Shown piece by piece: positions 9,569 to 19,161 of a stretch of 64,000 nucleotides of DNA (position 1 is the first letter of the stretch; every line of letters starts with the position of its first letter). Made by a program: the position numbers and the translations under genes. The notes under the pieces were generated by a model. It saw only the letters and a program-made list of their open reading frames with translations, had not been told where the DNA came from and did no database searches. The stretch comes from a virus, in the IMG/VR virus record IMGVR_UViG_3300023109_000018, one strand, 5' to 3'.

Positions 9569-10529
9569 TTTTTTCGTATCCAGCGATTACGTTTGCCAGT
9601 GTTGCATCCCAAATAGTCTTAAATGAGCCGATACTGTTACGAGCAAGATTGAACCTATCTGAATAGGTAAACTTAGTAAAGTATTGATCATCGGCATTCA
9701 TTACTTGAACCAATTGCTTTGCCACTGAAAAAGCGTAATTAGCATGTTCGTTGTTGTTTTCTTTGAAGTCATACGTAATCGTAGCGTTTGCACAGGTCTC
9801 AGGCAACGCACCAAAATTTGGGTGAATGCAAACTACCTGGCTCTTGATAGCCTCAATGAGAGCGATGCACGACGTTTCCTTCCAGATATTGGGATACAAG
9901 AAAACATGAGCCTTATCAAGTGCCTCGAGAACTGTAGCGTTGTCCACCGAACCGTGATAGGTCATCTGTGGATGTGACTCAATCTTCTCAAACAAGTCTT
10001 TATAAGGCTCATCACGAGATTCCCAACCGTAAATACCAAATGATGAATACACATCCAAATGTATATTACTGAACTCTTTGGCGAGTGCTTCAAATACAGG
10101 CACAAGAAGCTCAAGTCCTCGGTGGGGAGTCGTGTGATAAATGAATCTTATAGTTTCCTGATCCTTCTCTTTTGGCGAATACTCTTTCTCTACCGCATTG
10201 TGAATCACCACACAGCGAGAATAAGGAATGCCATAGCGTAAGATATATTGGTCTCGTTGCCATGCTGATACGAAGATGAGTCGGTCAAATTTCTGCCAAC
10301 CACCATCTACCAGTACTCTGTTTTCTGGATCTTCTGCAAGATCATGGCACCACAAGATATTAGGAACATCATCGTACATCTCGCGGGTTCGTGAAAGGTG
10401 AACAGCGACCTTACCCAACAAATCGGGGTTGGCATTATCGACAAGGCGTTGCCTCATCATTTCGGTACCACCATTTGAATTCTTAGAAAGCTCGGTATTG
10501 ATCACCTCACCTTTATAAACCACGCTCAT
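9561..10529 (-). CDS. glycosyltransferase (GT-B, family 4-like)
   Basis: GGTE, TTPHRGL, ETSCIALIEA, GALPET motifs. Confidence 0.85.
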   Translation of the reverse strand: MSVVYKGEVINTELSKNSNGGTEMMRQRLVDNANPDLLGKVAVHLSRTREMYDDVPNILWCHDLAEDPENRVLVDGGWQKFDRLIFVSAWQRDQYILRYGIPYSRCVVIHNAVEKEYSPKEKDQETIRFIYHTTPHRGLELLVPVFEALAKEFSNIHLDVYSSFGIYGWESRDEPYKDLFEKIESHPQMTYHGSVDNATVLEALDKAHVFLYPNIWKETSCIALIEAIKSQVVCIHPNFGALPETCANATITYDFKENNNEHANYAFSVAKQLVQVMNADDQYFTKFTYSDRFNLARNSIGSFKTIWDATLANVIAGYEKNG

Positions 10530-10532
10530 ATT

Positions 10533-10787
10533 TTACTCCACAATTGTAATCGAATTTACATTTTCGACCCGAAAAGAACGCCAACCATTAGCCTCTAAAT
10601 CCCATGCTGCCACGACGGCTTCATTGACCGGCTTAGGTGAGAATTCACCATCTGACACTACTGGGGTTTCGGGTATTTGATCTGCGACTAGGGTACACTT
10701 CATCAATCGATTCTCACCATTTACTTTAGTGAAATCGACAATACATACATTTTCCGACAGGGCTGTTTTCAATTTATCATAAGTCAT
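10533..10787 (-). CDS. DUF2693/WYL-like SH3-fold protein
   Basis: FTKVNGENRLMKCTL and WDLEANGWRSFR motifs. Confidence 0.7.
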   Translation of the reverse strand: MTYDKLKTALSENVCIVDFTKVNGENRLMKCTLVADQIPETPVVSDGEFSPKPVNEAVVAAWDLEANGWRSFRVENVNSITIVE

Positions 10788-11470
10788 AATGCTATTTTTT
10801 CTCCACGTATAGGATGATCAAATTGGACCTGGGTCAGCCTCTCGATGCATCTCAACCGGTATTCAATACTGATTAACGATTGAAAGAAATCGTGTATCGT
10901 ACCATTATTATGTATACGATATGTCAAAAGCTTAGCAGGCATATCTAACACGAAATCATTTTCGATTTCGGTTTCATGATTGATGATAATTTCACTAGAC
11001 TCACCAGCAAACTTACCATCAAAATATCTACGAGAATCGCCTCTAAAATCACAGCCTTGACGAGTCAATTGTACGATCGCCACATTCTCCGCACCTACCT
11101 TATCAACGATTGGCTGTAATTCTTCAACGAATCCACCATCACTGATTACGTAGTTTTTATTCAAGTCTATTTCTTCGGCAACTTTTCGACCAAAGTAGTC
11201 GTTGCCTTTATTTGGTTTAATAATGTCTTCTGAGGTATAAATCATTGCAGTGCGACGAGAGTGGTTCTTAAGAGCTGCCTCTCGCGTTTCTTTTTTAGAA
11301 CGATCATTGTAGCCGTCCATAAACCAAGATTCTTTCACACCAAAATATTTGATCGTCTCTTTAAACAATTGCTTTTTGAAGCTTAGGTGTTCAAAGTTAA
11401 ATCGATTGCAGTAGAAGTCTGCAGCCTCATCTTTGCCTGTGCCGGGTGGTCCATTAAAGATCAGTATCAT
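10784..11470 (-). CDS. deoxynucleoside monophosphate kinase (gp1-like)
   Basis: NGPPGTGKD P-loop, ISDGGF; start MILIF. Confidence 0.75.
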   Translation of the reverse strand: MILIFNGPPGTGKDEAADFYCNRFNFEHLSFKKQLFKETIKYFGVKESWFMDGYNDRSKKETREAALKNHSRRTAMIYTSEDIIKPNKGNDYFGRKVAEEIDLNKNYVISDGGFVEELQPIVDKVGAENVAIVQLTRQGCDFRGDSRRYFDGKFAGESSEIIINHETEIENDFVLDMPAKLLTYRIHNNGTIHDFFQSLISIEYRLRCIERLTQVQFDHPIRGEKIAL

Positions 11471-12017
11471 TATGTTTTTGTTCCTCAAAAAATCCAAATT
11501 TTGCTATGTAATAGGCATCAATGATATCACTGATGGGGTTCCAATTCTTAGGGGACATTATATCAAGTCTAGCTCGAATGTCAACCCCTGTTTCAGCAAT
11601 AAATGCATCATACATCATTTCTTTACTGGCGTTACCTTTACCAGTGGCAAATTTCTTAATTACAGTTGGAGCAGGAATCTCAAACGGAATACCACATAGC
11701 CACAGTCGCTGTTTTAGGTAACCACCATTCTCAGCTATATTAAATACACGCCCAACAGCGCCAAATGCGTATCCCTCAATATAAGCATGCGTAACGTCTC
11801 CGTAGAACATGATGTCAAGGGACCAGGCTGAGAGGTTTTCGTATCGTTTTTGATCACAGTCCCACTCGGGGTAGTCATATCCAATGAATTCTTGTCCGTC
11901 GAGCTGTTTCTTCTTCCTGAAGAAATGGAATCTACAGTTTTCATATTTCCATTCAGCTCCGGTATGTACACAAATTGCAGGACTCGTTAAACTATAGTCC
12001 ACTCCAGCTATCACCAT
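11454..12017 (-). CDS. RuvC-like nuclease/resolvase
   Basis: AGVDYS, IEGY, KKFATGKGNA, DIIDAY catalytic pattern. Confidence 0.75.
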   Translation of the reverse strand: MVIAGVDYSLTSPAICVHTGAEWKYENCRFHFFRKKKQLDGQEFIGYDYPEWDCDQKRYENLSAWSLDIMFYGDVTHAYIEGYAFGAVGRVFNIAENGGYLKQRLWLCGIPFEIPAPTVIKKFATGKGNASKEMMYDAFIAETGVDIRARLDIMSPKNWNPISDIIDAYYIAKFGFFEEQKHNDTDL

Positions 12018-12050
12018 AACACTACTCCATAATATTATGGTAATATTTAT

Positions 12051-12575
12051 TCAATCTGCTCTATAGAAAATATGCGATCCAATTCGCCCAGTAGAATGAA
12101 ATGATTTTCTCCAAGATGGCTTTACATAGGTAGCATGATAATGTGTAGCCCCCTCAGTAATACCTCTAAACAATTCCTGCTCTAACATTTGATTGGCAAT
12201 CAGACGAGACTGGTACCAAGAATCCATATCAGTGGGCGTGTCTGTCTTGCCATCACAAAACCAACTGAATTGACATTTATTGCGAACAGGAACCTCTTTG
12301 CCTCGTTCTTCAAGATGCCATTTGCTCAATACGGCTTGATGTACAACGCCACAGACTGTATCGGGATACCGAGAACTTTCTACACGATTCAACACAACGT
12401 CTGACACAGCGTACATTCCAGCCAGATTCTCGCTTCTTGCTTCGTGGTAGATATTCATTGCAAGGCAATATTCGTCTTGTGGTATCGTTGGAAATTGAAT
12501 AAAAGGTTGTTCTTTTTCATTTGCCAGTGCAAACATGGCTGACACGCTGACTATAAGGGTGATCAAATATTTCAT
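12051..12575 (-). CDS. SleB/Hydrolase_2 cell-wall hydrolase
   Basis: Signal peptide, NIYHEARSE, VLNRV, CQFSW, GATHYHA. Confidence 0.9.
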   Translation of the reverse strand: MKYLITLIVSVSAMFALANEKEQPFIQFPTIPQDEYCLAMNIYHEARSENLAGMYAVSDVVLNRVESSRYPDTVCGVVHQAVLSKWHLEERGKEVPVRNKCQFSWFCDGKTDTPTDMDSWYQSRLIANQMLEQELFRGITEGATHYHATYVKPSWRKSFHSTGRIGSHIFYRAD

Positions 12576-12576
12576 A

Positions 12577-13476
12577 TTAAATAGGCCTTCGTTTTAGTAC
12601 AGTGGTTAAACCTTGGTGTTTCTGCTCTTCCTGATTCTCACCTTTCGGTGCGTGATCCCAGTCGATGGGGTCTTCGTTTGCTACATCCATTCTCATAATT
12701 TGTTCTTCGTCGACCAATGGATTCATTGTTTCACGATCTCTTTTAAACATACCAACAGAAACAACGAGTAACATTATGGCAAGAGGATCGAATACAACAA
12801 CAAGCATTATAATGATGCCACGCACAGCAGTATCAAACATGTCTTTGGCATCTTCGCCGTAGACTAGTTCCGCAATGTATTTGAGAGGACCAACCTCTAC
12901 TTCTATCGCAAGTTTCTCTTGCGTGAGCGGAGTGAGTTCTTCTTGGTATTGTTCGATTCTATCATACGCAGCGTTGATGTTTTCGTTGAGAGCAGACCTT
13001 TCTTCGGACTGACCCTTCCTCGTTGCGAGTGCACCGGACTCCCCCCTAATACGATCTGCGTCAAGGAGGACTTGGACCGTTTGGTCGAGTTGACTAAGCA
13101 CCTTTTCTGCGTCCGTAATAGTACGTTGCTGATTACCAATCTGTCGTTCCAAGTTAGTGATTCTGAGTTCATTTGTCCCACCTGTTGATATAGAATGTTC
13201 AAGATGTGCTTTAGATAAGAATCCAAATATACCCATGCTTGTAATAAACATGAGTACCAGGATTGATGTGATAAAATATGTTTTAACTAAAAATGTAACT
13301 CGATCCCACTCATGATGTAACCATGCTGCTGATACAAGTTTACCAACCTCCAAAATACCAGCCATGACAACGACCGATAAAAAGGCTCCAGAAAAAATGG
13401 CAGCCAAACCCACAATTGAGAAGTAGGCTGCTACCGATGCGATTGCGATTGACGTTGTGAGTGTTAAGTACTTCAA
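12577..13476 (-). CDS. membrane protein with coiled-coil domain
   Basis: Three N-terminal TM helices, coiled coil, GPLKY and FDPLA motifs. Confidence 0.65.
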   Translation of the reverse strand: MKYLTLTTSIAIASVAAYFSIVGLAAIFSGAFLSVVVMAGILEVGKLVSAAWLHHEWDRVTFLVKTYFITSILVLMFITSMGIFGFLSKAHLEHSISTGGTNELRITNLERQIGNQQRTITDAEKVLSQLDQTVQVLLDADRIRGESGALATRKGQSEERSALNENINAAYDRIEQYQEELTPLTQEKLAIEVEVGPLKYIAELVYGEDAKDMFDTAVRGIIIMLVVVFDPLAIMLLVVSVGMFKRDRETMNPLVDEEQIMRMDVANEDPIDWDHAPKGENQEEQKHQGLTTVLKRRPI

Positions 13477-13494
13477 ATGAAGATCCTTTAAGTC

Positions 13495-13944
13495 TTAACG
13501 CCCCATCCGAGATATTTCGGTTGCTTGTTCTTTATTAATAATGGGTACAGCATTGGATTTGTGCATAGTGCTGATTCCCTTCACTAAAGTACCCGTATAT
13601 TTTTGGGGTTCTTTTCTGGGCGTTGGGTTTGTTCCTCGTTGGTTTGAAGACGCATCATGTCTTTTCTGCGTAGGGCTTGCCGATGGGTAGTTTGGCGTTG
13701 GGCGCGTATACGGCTTGTGTTGCGTCTCATAGGGTCTAAATTCCTTTTTGATTTTTACATTTCCGTAGACATAATCTATATATTCAGCGAAGGTTCTTTG
13801 ATCACCGTGCATATGATTCTGGCGTAGGTGTTTATTGTCCTTAAGCCACTCCTTTTCGAGTTGGTTAAGCTTGACCTTGGTGATTTTAGGTTTGGGCTTT
13901 TTCGTGTTCAGTGACGAATAACCCTTCAATAAATGCATTGTCAT
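13495..13944 (-). CDS. conserved marine T4-like hypothetical protein
   Basis: YTGTLVKGISTMHKSNAVP C-terminal motif. Confidence 0.65.
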   Translation of the reverse strand: MTMHLLKGYSSLNTKKPKPKITKVKLNQLEKEWLKDNKHLRQNHMHGDQRTFAEYIDYVYGNVKIKKEFRPYETQHKPYTRPTPNYPSASPTQKRHDASSNQRGTNPTPRKEPQKYTGTLVKGISTMHKSNAVPIINKEQATEISRMGR

Positions 13945-13954
13945 AATAAAATAC

Positions 13955-14128
13955 CTAAAACATTGAAATCCTTTTTTCTAAAATTTCGATCTCGGCATCC
14001 TTACGGGCCTGCCACTTCTCTTGTGTACGGGCAACACCTTTTGCGTTGACCTTTTCAAAGAACTTAGACTCTTTAAGGCGAGCCAATGCACCTTCACGGC
14101 GCGTACGATCTGTAAATCTACCTCTCAT
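13955..14128 (-). CDS. small Arg/Lys-rich protein (57 aa, MRGRFTDRTRREGALARL...)
   Basis: Translated by hand; SD AAGGAG 5 nt upstream of ATG. Confidence 0.7.
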   Translation of the reverse strand: MRGRFTDRTRREGALARLKESKFFEKVNAKGVARTQEKWQARKDAEIEILEKRISMF

Positions 14129-14147
14129 AACTTCTCCTTATTAAAGT

Positions 14148-14211
14148 GAGTGATACGGGATCCATATTACCATTTTTCGGGGGTAAAGGCAGGTTCACCA
14201 CCGTATCACTC
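14148..14211 (-). ncRNA. unassigned structured element, copy 1
   Basis: Perfect 11-bp closing stem GAGTGATACGG/CCGTATCACTC; core shared with copy 2. Confidence 0.55.
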
Positions 14212-14222
14212 GTCCCCTGTAG

Positions 14223-14420
14223 TTATACCTTGATTTCATCCTTTGTTAAGGTGTCTCTGATCTCAATAATCGTATTTTTCAATATGTCATGATGTACACG
14301 ATCTTCGTCTATGATAATGATTCTATCACTAACAGGATTGTTGAAAGCGGCTAGCATACTACCGACAACCTCGTAGACTACATCTTTCTTTTTCCAGTGG
14401 TGATAAGTTACATGAACCAT
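14223..14420 (-). CDS. hypothetical protein
   Basis: 65-aa ORF between the two structured elements. Confidence 0.6.
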   Translation of the reverse strand: MVHVTYHHWKKKDVVYEVVGSMLAAFNNPVSDRIIIIDEDRVHHDILKNTIIEIRDTLTKDEIKV

Positions 14421-14439
14421 ATTGGTACCTTGAATTAAG

Positions 14440-14503
14440 GAGAGAGCCGAGTCTTATATGGCCGTTTTCGGGGTATATGGCAGGCTCACCACCCGGCATC
14501 TCT
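14440..14503 (-). ncRNA. unassigned structured element, copy 2
   Basis: Closing stem GAGAGA(T)GCCG/CGGCTCTCTC; same length and core as copy 1. Confidence 0.55.
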
Positions 14504-14531
14504 CGCCCCCTTGTTCGCAAATTAGAATGTA

Positions 14532-14560
14532 ATTATAACATGACTAGTTGGAATTGTCAA
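14532..14560 (-). promoter_or_regulatory. sigma70-type promoter
   Basis: TTGACA-N17-TATAAT directly upstream of copy 2. Confidence 0.85.
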
Positions 14561-14563
14561 CAA

Positions 14564-15004
14564 CTAAATGAACTCTGTTTCAACTCCTGCCTCGACAAAT
14601 AGATTGAGTGATTTGGAGTACGCAGCTACCCATTTCTCTGGTATCTCTCCAGCAGTTGCCATCACAACTCTTTTGATACCAACCTGAATAATACCTCTCG
14701 CACAATCATTACAGACAGGTAGACCCCAAACATATATCGTGGAATCTTTCAATGAAGTTCCGTTATATGTGGCATTATATATTGCATTCATTTCCGCATG
14801 AATGACATGATCGTACTTAGTTGGCTTATCAGCGTATCGTTCGGGTGAATCCTCAATACCTTTAGGAAACCCGTTGTAACCAGTAGCGAGGATTCTGCGA
14901 TCGTCATCTACGATTACTGCCCCAATCTTCATGCTGGGGTCCTTAGACCAGGTAGAAATCTCTCGGGCTAGGCTTACAAATCTCTTGTCCCACTTAGTAG
15001 ACAT
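14564..15004 (-). CDS. cd: dCMP deaminase
   Basis: SKDPSMKIGAVI, GYNGFP, HAEMNAI, PVCNDC zinc motifs. Confidence 0.92.
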   Translation of the reverse strand: MSTKWDKRFVSLAREISTWSKDPSMKIGAVIVDDDRRILATGYNGFPKGIEDSPERYADKPTKYDHVIHAEMNAIYNATYNGTSLKDSTIYVWGLPVCNDCARGIIQVGIKRVVMATAGEIPEKWVAAYSKSLNLFVEAGVETEFI

Positions 15005-15266
15005 AATCTTTTTTACCCTTAATTTGCCACTTCTCAGTCACTGGTTTGCCGCATTCATCTTCATCAACGACAATGTAAGCCACAGTCTTTTTGACCAGAC
15101 CATATCTCCAACCAGACATACCACAGACGCCCTTACCACCGACCCAGATCTTGTGGGGGTAACCATTGAATTCCGTCTCTTCGTTTTTAGAGAATTCAAA
15201 GTAATTACCAGCACTTTTCTCAGTGAAAACACCGATTGGGTCCTTGGTGTAAGTGAAATAAGCCAT
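14994..15266 (-). CDS. hypothetical protein
   Basis: 90-aa ORF coupled to the deaminase. Confidence 0.6.
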   Translation of the reverse strand: MAYFTYTKDPIGVFTEKSAGNYFEFSKNEETEFNGYPHKIWVGGKGVCGMSGWRYGLVKKTVAYIVVDEDECGKPVTEKWQIKGKKDYVY

Positions 15267-15267
15267 A

Positions 15268-15447
15268 TTAGGAAACCTTTAAGAAACAGTGAGCTGCATT
15301 AGAAAAGAAAGAACCGACCTCATCAAAACCGTACAATACACAACCATCTAAGGGGTCAGTACCCTTGGGGTATTCGACCAGATCAAATCCAGCAGGAATG
15401 GAACCACTGAAGGTGTTCATGTTGATTTCAATAATTTCTGTATTCAT
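15268..15447 (-). CDS. small hypothetical protein (59 aa, MNTEIIEIN...)
   Basis: Translated by hand; SD AAGGA behind an early promoter. Confidence 0.6.
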   Translation of the reverse strand: MNTEIIEINMNTFSGSIPAGFDLVEYPKGTDPLDGCVLYGFDEVGSFFSNAAHCFLKVS

Positions 15448-15478
15448 AATTTAATTCCTTATCTCAATTTATGTGTCT

Positions 15479-15507
15479 ATTATAGGCTACTTTGCGCCTG
15501 CTGTCAA
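15479..15507 (-). promoter_or_regulatory. sigma70-type early promoter
   Basis: TTGACA-N17-TATAAT followed by the CACATAAATTGAG leader. Confidence 0.85.
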
Positions 15508-15563
15508 CACTTTTTTGAAAAAAAATCAAATTTTTTTAGAACATTTTGGAATAAGGACCGAAC

Positions 15564-16526
15564 TTATATGATTTCTGGGTTATAAGGCAAAAAGAACTCG
15601 TGGAGTTCCTCGTCTTCTAACAGCAGATCTGGCAAATTCTCTATTGGGTAACTCTTCAGAAACTGGTTAGTATTACCGTTTAGGGCTGGTTTTCCTGCCT
15701 GGGGTGTCATTTCCTCTAGCCAGTCTTGGTACTCTTTGTCTTGGAATCCACCCTCGTAACCCATTTCTTTGAAGTTATCGTGAGCATGAGCAAATGACGT
15801 AGCCTTTGCCTTTCGAGTATTCTTGTTACCCATCCATGCAAAATGCCAACCCATTTCGGGGATACCTTTACCATGTGATCGGGGCCATACGGTCTTAAGG
15901 TTTACATTGCCACATCGAATATTACTTACGCTTGACTTGGAAAGTTGAGCCTTGGTCGCAAAGAATGTAGAACGATCCCAAGGAAACCAAGCACCTTTCT
16001 CACCCCGGCTGATATCCCATACTCTCAGATCAGCCCTACCCTGTAAAAAGACCATTGGTATTTTGACTACAATATTATTTCTTGCTGCTTGATTGATTGT
16101 GTTCGCGACCCATTTGATATGGATTGGATTGATGATTTCGTCGGCATCACCATAAATGAACACATCGTCGTCATTGAACATGTGCAAGGCCTGCAGCACA
16201 CCATCTTTCTGAAGCCTTTCACGAATCCGAGCTCTGACCGAATCGGGATTTGATGCATTCACACCTGCATTTTTGATATCAACTTCCAATGGCTCAAGCC
16301 ACTCTGAATCATTAATATGCTGTGGTATGTAGATGATTTTGTCCATTGGAAGCTTCAGCTCATTTGCGATTTCTTCAAATCTAAATGGTACTGGTTTTCC
16401 GCTGTGTGTCTTATTAGACTCTACAATAACAAATTTATCAACGATGTCCTTGTAGAGATTTACTCTCAGCTTTAAGAGTTCTTTGCCGGTTGGAGCGAAG
16501 AATGGAAATGAATCAATTATTTGCAT
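15564..16526 (-). CDS. glycosyltransferase family 17-like
   Basis: IIDSFPFF, FVIVESNKTHSG, GDADEII, GWHFAWMG. Confidence 0.8.
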   Translation of the reverse strand: MQIIDSFPFFAPTGKELLKLRVNLYKDIVDKFVIVESNKTHSGKPVPFRFEEIANELKLPMDKIIYIPQHINDSEWLEPLEVDIKNAGVNASNPDSVRARIRERLQKDGVLQALHMFNDDDVFIYGDADEIINPIHIKWVANTINQAARNNIVVKIPMVFLQGRADLRVWDISRGEKGAWFPWDRSTFFATKAQLSKSSVSNIRCGNVNLKTVWPRSHGKGIPEMGWHFAWMGNKNTRKAKATSFAHAHDNFKEMGYEGGFQDKEYQDWLEEMTPQAGKPALNGNTNQFLKSYPIENLPDLLLEDEELHEFFLPYNPEII

Positions 16527-17092
16527 CGTTCGAGTACTGTCAGACCATTGTTATTTGTGAAATGACTTTTGAATCTCCAGTGAGGATTTTCAATCATAAA
16601 ATCAATAATTGCTGGAAGTAGACCTTCACCTGCAATTGGCTTCTTTGGATACTCACCACTCATTCTTTCATCACGAGTACCAAATGTCTGCGTATCATGG
16701 AATGCAAGATATTTCTGAGCTTTATTACCATGAAGCCTAAGCTCTTGTCGAAGCTGACCGTTCGTGTGTAGAGTGTCAATGAATAATAAATCGACCTCGG
16801 GTATTTCAAGCTTAAGTACATCAGCCTCGATATACGAGACATCCCTACCATAGGTCTCTGACAAGAGCTTAAACATTTCAACAAGTCTTTGATTTAATAC
16901 GATATCATAGCATGTTAATTTAGCCTCAGTATTCATAAAGGCTCGTGTACTCATGCCTGACCGAACACCCATCTCAATAATCGTATCACACTCCCGACCC
17001 AGTTCGAGTAGGGTGGGGATATGTTCATTAATATCCGTTGGTGCATTTCGAGCAAAATTCAAAGCATTTTCTAAGAATGCATCAAGACTCAT
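16517..17092 (-). CDS. class I SAM methyltransferase (Methyltransf_24-like)
   Basis: IEMGVRSG, LLFIDTLH, AFHDT. Confidence 0.8.
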   Translation of the reverse strand: MSLDAFLENALNFARNAPTDINEHIPTLLELGRECDTIIEMGVRSGMSTRAFMNTEAKLTCYDIVLNQRLVEMFKLLSETYGRDVSYIEADVLKLEIPEVDLLFIDTLHTNGQLRQELRLHGNKAQKYLAFHDTQTFGTRDERMSGEYPKKPIAGEGLLPAIIDFMIENPHWRFKSHFTNNNGLTVLERCK

Positions 17093-17846
17093 GGTTAATC
17101 TCCGTGTTTATTCTTTGTCTCTTTCTAAGATTTATTAGTTCTTTTACCTGCTTATCATCCCTCTGATCTGCCGAGGGCAGGAAGTTTGCCTTGAGGTTTA
17201 CCGATGGGGTATTATCGTTAACCATATAGTACATGGCCAAACTATACCTGTCATTTTGACTCACGTTAGCTAACCCGTGATAGCTTTTTTCAGAGTTTTC
17301 AAATATCATGCAAGTATTATACTCTGGGTTTACTACCTTGTCAGGTTCTTCACATGCATGGGCACGGTCTTTATCCCACAGCCCTAGTTGACCCCCATCG
17401 GTCATTTGCCAATCTTTGTTAAGATAGACCAGTACACTGATTTTACGCCTGTATTTTAACTTGGGGTGGTGACTATAATCAATGTGTGGATTCAATTTAC
17501 CACCCGGTGGGTAATAATGCAGCCCACCACCATGTAGTCCCACATCGGGTTCTAACCCAGGTATCTCTAAGGTTTCAATCAGATAATCCGTGAATACTCT
17601 ACTCGATAGGTACGTAAAAGCCTGATATAGCTTACTATCAAATTTATCCCATATGTTCATAGTCTTTTTGTACTCTATGGGATTATTGTAATAGCCGTTC
17701 CACTTGTGAGAATTCGGCGCAGGCAATTCATCGTGCAATTCCTGGCAGAAGTCAGAATCCCAAAAATTTTCCAAACATGCATGTGGAAAGGGATCTGCCT
17801 GCCAGAAATTACTCAGACTTGACCTGTGCTTTTGGAGGTCGATCAT
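17082..17846 (-). CDS. 2OG-Fe(II) oxygenase
   Basis: GGGLH, HID, YHG and R motifs. Confidence 0.85.
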   Translation of the reverse strand: MIDLQKHRSSLSNFWQADPFPHACLENFWDSDFCQELHDELPAPNSHKWNGYYNNPIEYKKTMNIWDKFDSKLYQAFTYLSSRVFTDYLIETLEIPGLEPDVGLHGGGLHYYPPGGKLNPHIDYSHHPKLKYRRKISVLVYLNKDWQMTDGGQLGLWDKDRAHACEEPDKVVNPEYNTCMIFENSEKSYHGLANVSQNDRYSLAMYYMVNDNTPSVNLKANFLPSADQRDDKQVKELINLRKRQRINTEINHES

Positions 17847-18868
17847 ACCTCAAGCCATCTCGTATTCTCAAGTGTCCACTGTACGACTTCTTTAATACGA
17901 TCTTCAACAGGTTGTGGTTCCCAACCCATTTGTTTCATTCTCTCACCACTCAGTGCGTAGCGAAGATCATGTCCAGGTCGACTGCTGTGGAAGTCCATAA
18001 ACTGGTAGTTCAATTCTTTGCCTTGTGCATCAGCAATCATTTGTGCAAGCTCGAGGTTATTCAGCTCGGTAGCACCGCAGATGTTGAACTTCGGACACTT
18101 AATGCCATTATTCTCTTCTGCGTTGAGTGTATGCTCATTCTGAAGCAAGAAAAGAGTAGCATCAGCCACGTCTTCAGCATGAATATAATGTCGTGATCCT
18201 GGTATTGTCTTTGTCTCGTCAGAGTGAATCGTGATCATGTCACCATCTCTGGCTCGACGAATACACAATGGAATGAACTTTTCTGGGTGTTGACGTTGAC
18301 CAAATACGTTCATTGTATGCGTAATGTAGATTGGCATATTATAGGTATTTTGATATGCAACTGCAAGTTCTTCACCACCAGCCTTCGAAGCACTGTAAGG
18401 ATTCGTGCTGTTATACCTATCGTATTCATCATACTTGACACCGTTTGGTGCAGGGCCAAATACTTCATCAGTAGAGAAATACACGAATCTTTCTAGGTCT
18501 TCTTGCTTTCGAGCGAACTCAAGAATGTTACAAGTACCGACAACATTATCCATCACGAACTCCATAGGGTGATCGATACTGCGATCTACGTGAGATCCTG
18601 CTGCAAGGTGTGCGACGATTTCAACCGGACCAATATCAGCAATAATCTGAGGGTTCATTTCCGCCTTAAGATCGTGGAAAATGGTTCGAACTCTCTTACG
18701 CTCTTCTGCTGTACGATCTTGCAGGAGGTCATGCAGACGATTGAGATTACCACTATAATCTAGGCGATCAATGGTAACCACGTTCCAATCTGTGCGGATG
18801 AGTACTTGATTGATTAGATGGTGGGCAATAAAACCACCGCCACCAGTTATGAGAATTGTTTTAGCCAT
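17843..18868 (-). CDS. NAD-dependent epimerase/dehydratase (dTDP-glucose 4,6-dehydratase-like)
   Basis: TGGGGFIA, HLAAGSHVDRS, STDEVFG, YSASK. Confidence 0.88.
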   Translation of the reverse strand: MAKTILITGGGGFIAHHLINQVLIRTDWNVVTIDRLDYSGNLNRLHDLLQDRTAEERKRVRTIFHDLKAEMNPQIIADIGPVEIVAHLAAGSHVDRSIDHPMEFVMDNVVGTCNILEFARKQEDLERFVYFSTDEVFGPAPNGVKYDEYDRYNSTNPYSASKAGGEELAVAYQNTYNMPIYITHTMNVFGQRQHPEKFIPLCIRRARDGDMITIHSDETKTIPGSRHYIHAEDVADATLFLLQNEHTLNAEENNGIKCPKFNICGATELNNLELAQMIADAQGKELNYQFMDFHSSRPGHDLRYALSGERMKQMGWEPQPVEDRIKEVVQWTLENTRWLEV

Positions 18869-18905
18869 TTCGATTCCTTCATCAAAAACATTATATTGAA
18901 TTTAT

Positions 18906-19160
18906 TTATGTGTTGTCACCATCACGATATTTGATATCAGACTTATCAAAAGGCTTGATCCGATTACCATAATAATCGTGAGTTCCTGCTCGGTAATTTT
19001 TCTTGCGTTCATCTAGCATGAGAGTTGATTCCCACACGATTGCTGCCATGACCGCAAGAAAAATCATCATTAATACAAATTGTAATATAGCTATTAACAT
19101 AATAAAAGATCCTGTGATAAAATTCTTGACCATTCTATCACAAGATCCATATGATGTCAA
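18906..19160 (-). CDS. small membrane protein
   Basis: Hydrophobic segment, AGTHDYYGN motif. Confidence 0.5.
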   Translation of the reverse strand: MTSYGSCDRMVKNFITGSFIMLIAILQFVLMMIFLAVMAAIVWESTLMLDERKKNYRAGTHDYYGNRIKPFDKSDIKYRDGDNT

Positions 19161-19161
19161 C

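Noticed and set aside
11454-12017. RuvC domain as TnpB/Cas12 or a transposase
   Set aside because: Stand-alone 187-aa RuvC without zinc finger, bridge helix or terminal repeats
14148-14503. Twin elements or hemO leader as hammerhead, twister, pistol or HDV ribozymes, tRNA remnants or terminators
   Set aside because: Catalytic consensus cores and cloverleaf absent by eye; no U-tracts; a formal Rfam search is still needed
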